A stretch of DNA of 64,000 bases, taken from positions 196,230,001 to 196,294,000 of the forward strand of contig NC_091470.1 in NCBI RefSeq assembly GCF_036971445.1, written 5' to 3'. Positions 62,501 through 64,000 of the stretch are shown here, piece after piece. The stretch comes from Narcine bancroftii (Eukaryota). Positions within the stretch are counted from its first letter, which is position 1; every line of letters starts with the position of its first letter. The notes under the pieces were generated by a model that was given only the letters and a program-made list of their open reading frames with translations, had not been told where the DNA came from and made no database searches. A program made the position numbers and the translations under genes.

Positions 62501-63002
62501 CATCTAACTTTACACTCCCGGAACGCCATCTGCCTTTTCACCGCCTGGGACCCCCGCCTCACCTTACACTCCCACGTTCCCCTCTCCCTTTACTCTCCAA
62601 TGGACCCCGTCTCCCTTTAGACTCCCGATACTCTGTCACCTTTTACAATCCCGGGACCCCACCTCCCTTTACATCCCTGAGACCCCATCTCCCTTTACAC
62701 ACCTCAGGACCCTGTCTCCCTTTACACTCCCGGGACCCCATCTCCCTTTGTACTCCCCAGGATCTTGTCTCCCTTTACACTCCCGAGACTCCGTCACCCT
62801 GTACACTCCTGGGTCCCCATCTCCTTTTACACTCCCAAGACTACTCTCCCTTTTCAACACCCTGGACATCGTTTCCCTTTACACTCCCGGGACCCCGTCT
62901 TCCTTGACACTCCCAGGACCCCGTCTCCCTTTACAATCGCGGGACCCCGTCTCCCTTTAACACTCCCCGGGATCCCTTCTCCCTTTACACTCCCCAGGAC
63001 TT
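59555..63002 (+). repeat. Degenerate about 27-28 bp C-rich minisatellite (CCCCATCTCCCTTTACACTCCCGGGA) with internal block duplications
   Basis: Well over 100 diverged units; a 242-bp block is duplicated at 61951/62193. Confidence 0.95.
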
Positions 63003-63599
63003 CAATCTTGTCTCTGAACTGGGAAACATGATCAGAGCATCTGATTGCAAAATATAAACAATAATTAAAGGCTCATGGTGTATGATTCAATAGGGACCAT
63101 TAAATCTGTGAGACCAACACTTCTGTCCATATTGGGGTCACAGTTTCATCCACCCTCTGTCGTTTACTCCTATTTGTGTCAACAGAGATAGACAACTCCA
63201 AAACCTTTCCGTTAGCAACATCAAAACCAAGAATATATTGAATGTTCAATGTGAGTTTATTGTGATATATGTAAGTACAACGTACAGGTGCACTGGAATT
63301 CCGATGTGCTGCGGCCACGGGTACATAGGATACAGTCAAAGTTTAAATTACCACACGATGCAAGACAGAACAAAGGAGATTCAAATGTTCGGCGAGAGGT
63401 ATATTCTGCAGGTGGACAGCAGGACACGGGGAAATGGGAACATGTCGATAAAGGCCTTTTTCTCAAATTACGTGCACGTTCAGTCTGGGACCAAGGATCA
63501 CGGATGGATGGGTGAAAAGGGTCAAGGAGGGACGCACACAGTGGACCCACGGAGTCCCTCCACTCTCCCATTGTAAACTCCGGACCATGCATCCCGTGG

Positions 63600-63940
63600 G
63601 CTCATCTCTCCCTTCCCCTCTCTCTCTTACCATCTACTCTCGCGCTCTCTCTCTCTCATCCCCTCTCCCCATCTTGCTTTCTAACTATTTATTCTCTCCC
63701 CTCCCTCTCTGTCCCCTGACTCTCTCACTGTCCCCTCTCCCCCGTTCTGTCACCCTCTCACCATTTACCCTCTCGTCTCCTCTCTCCCTGCTCTCTCTCT
63801 GTCCCCTCTCCCCCATTCTGTCACCCTTCTCCCCACTCTCCCCTCCTCGCTCTCTCACCTCTCACCTACTCTCTCCATCTCTTTCTTTCCCTCTGTCTCC
63901 TCTCCCCTTTCTCTCCCTCTTCCTTCTCTTTCCCTCCCGC
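63600..63940 (+). repeat. CT-rich low-complexity tract
   Basis: Polypyrimidine simple sequence. Confidence 0.8.
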
Positions 63941-64000
63941 TACTGGTTTACTTCCAACAACACTGTCGAAGGCCCTTCCAGCCGGTAAAACCTGCCCTGC

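Noticed and set aside
59560-63031. Mucin/extensin-like ORFs (PSPFT repeats)
   Set aside because: Fragmented across all frames with non-triplet unit lengths; minisatellite artefact.

Overview
Repeat-rich vertebrate genomic DNA, most likely a cartilaginous fish (inferred from HE1/V-SINE-like, CR1, Penelope-like, L1 and RTE content), with one 200-N scaffold gap. Two spliced host genes lie on the minus strand and are not visible as whole ORFs in the track. (1) A PLAC8/cornifelin-family gene with three coding exons (about 164 aa) and a 5-kb G-rich minisatellite in its last intron. (2) A PILR-like single-V-domain inhibitory receptor (leader, V, TM, short cytoplasmic and double-ITIM exons; about 264 aa reconstructed) spanning 23144-55505. 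Its V exon is interrupted 12 nt before the splice donor by a co-oriented class I endogenous retrovirus (48853-54592) whose LTRs look identical; the LTR supplies an immediate stop and a poly(A) signal, predicting a secreted V-only product. The V-TM intron holds a five-level nest of elements (LTR < L1 < ERV < RTE < L1 tail), each inner insertion delimited by a target-site duplication. Two diverged Gypsy elements lack a tRNA PBS and instead carry a post-LTR segment complementary to their own poly(A)-signal region, suggesting self-priming. All alignments and comparisons were done by eye; no database searches were run.
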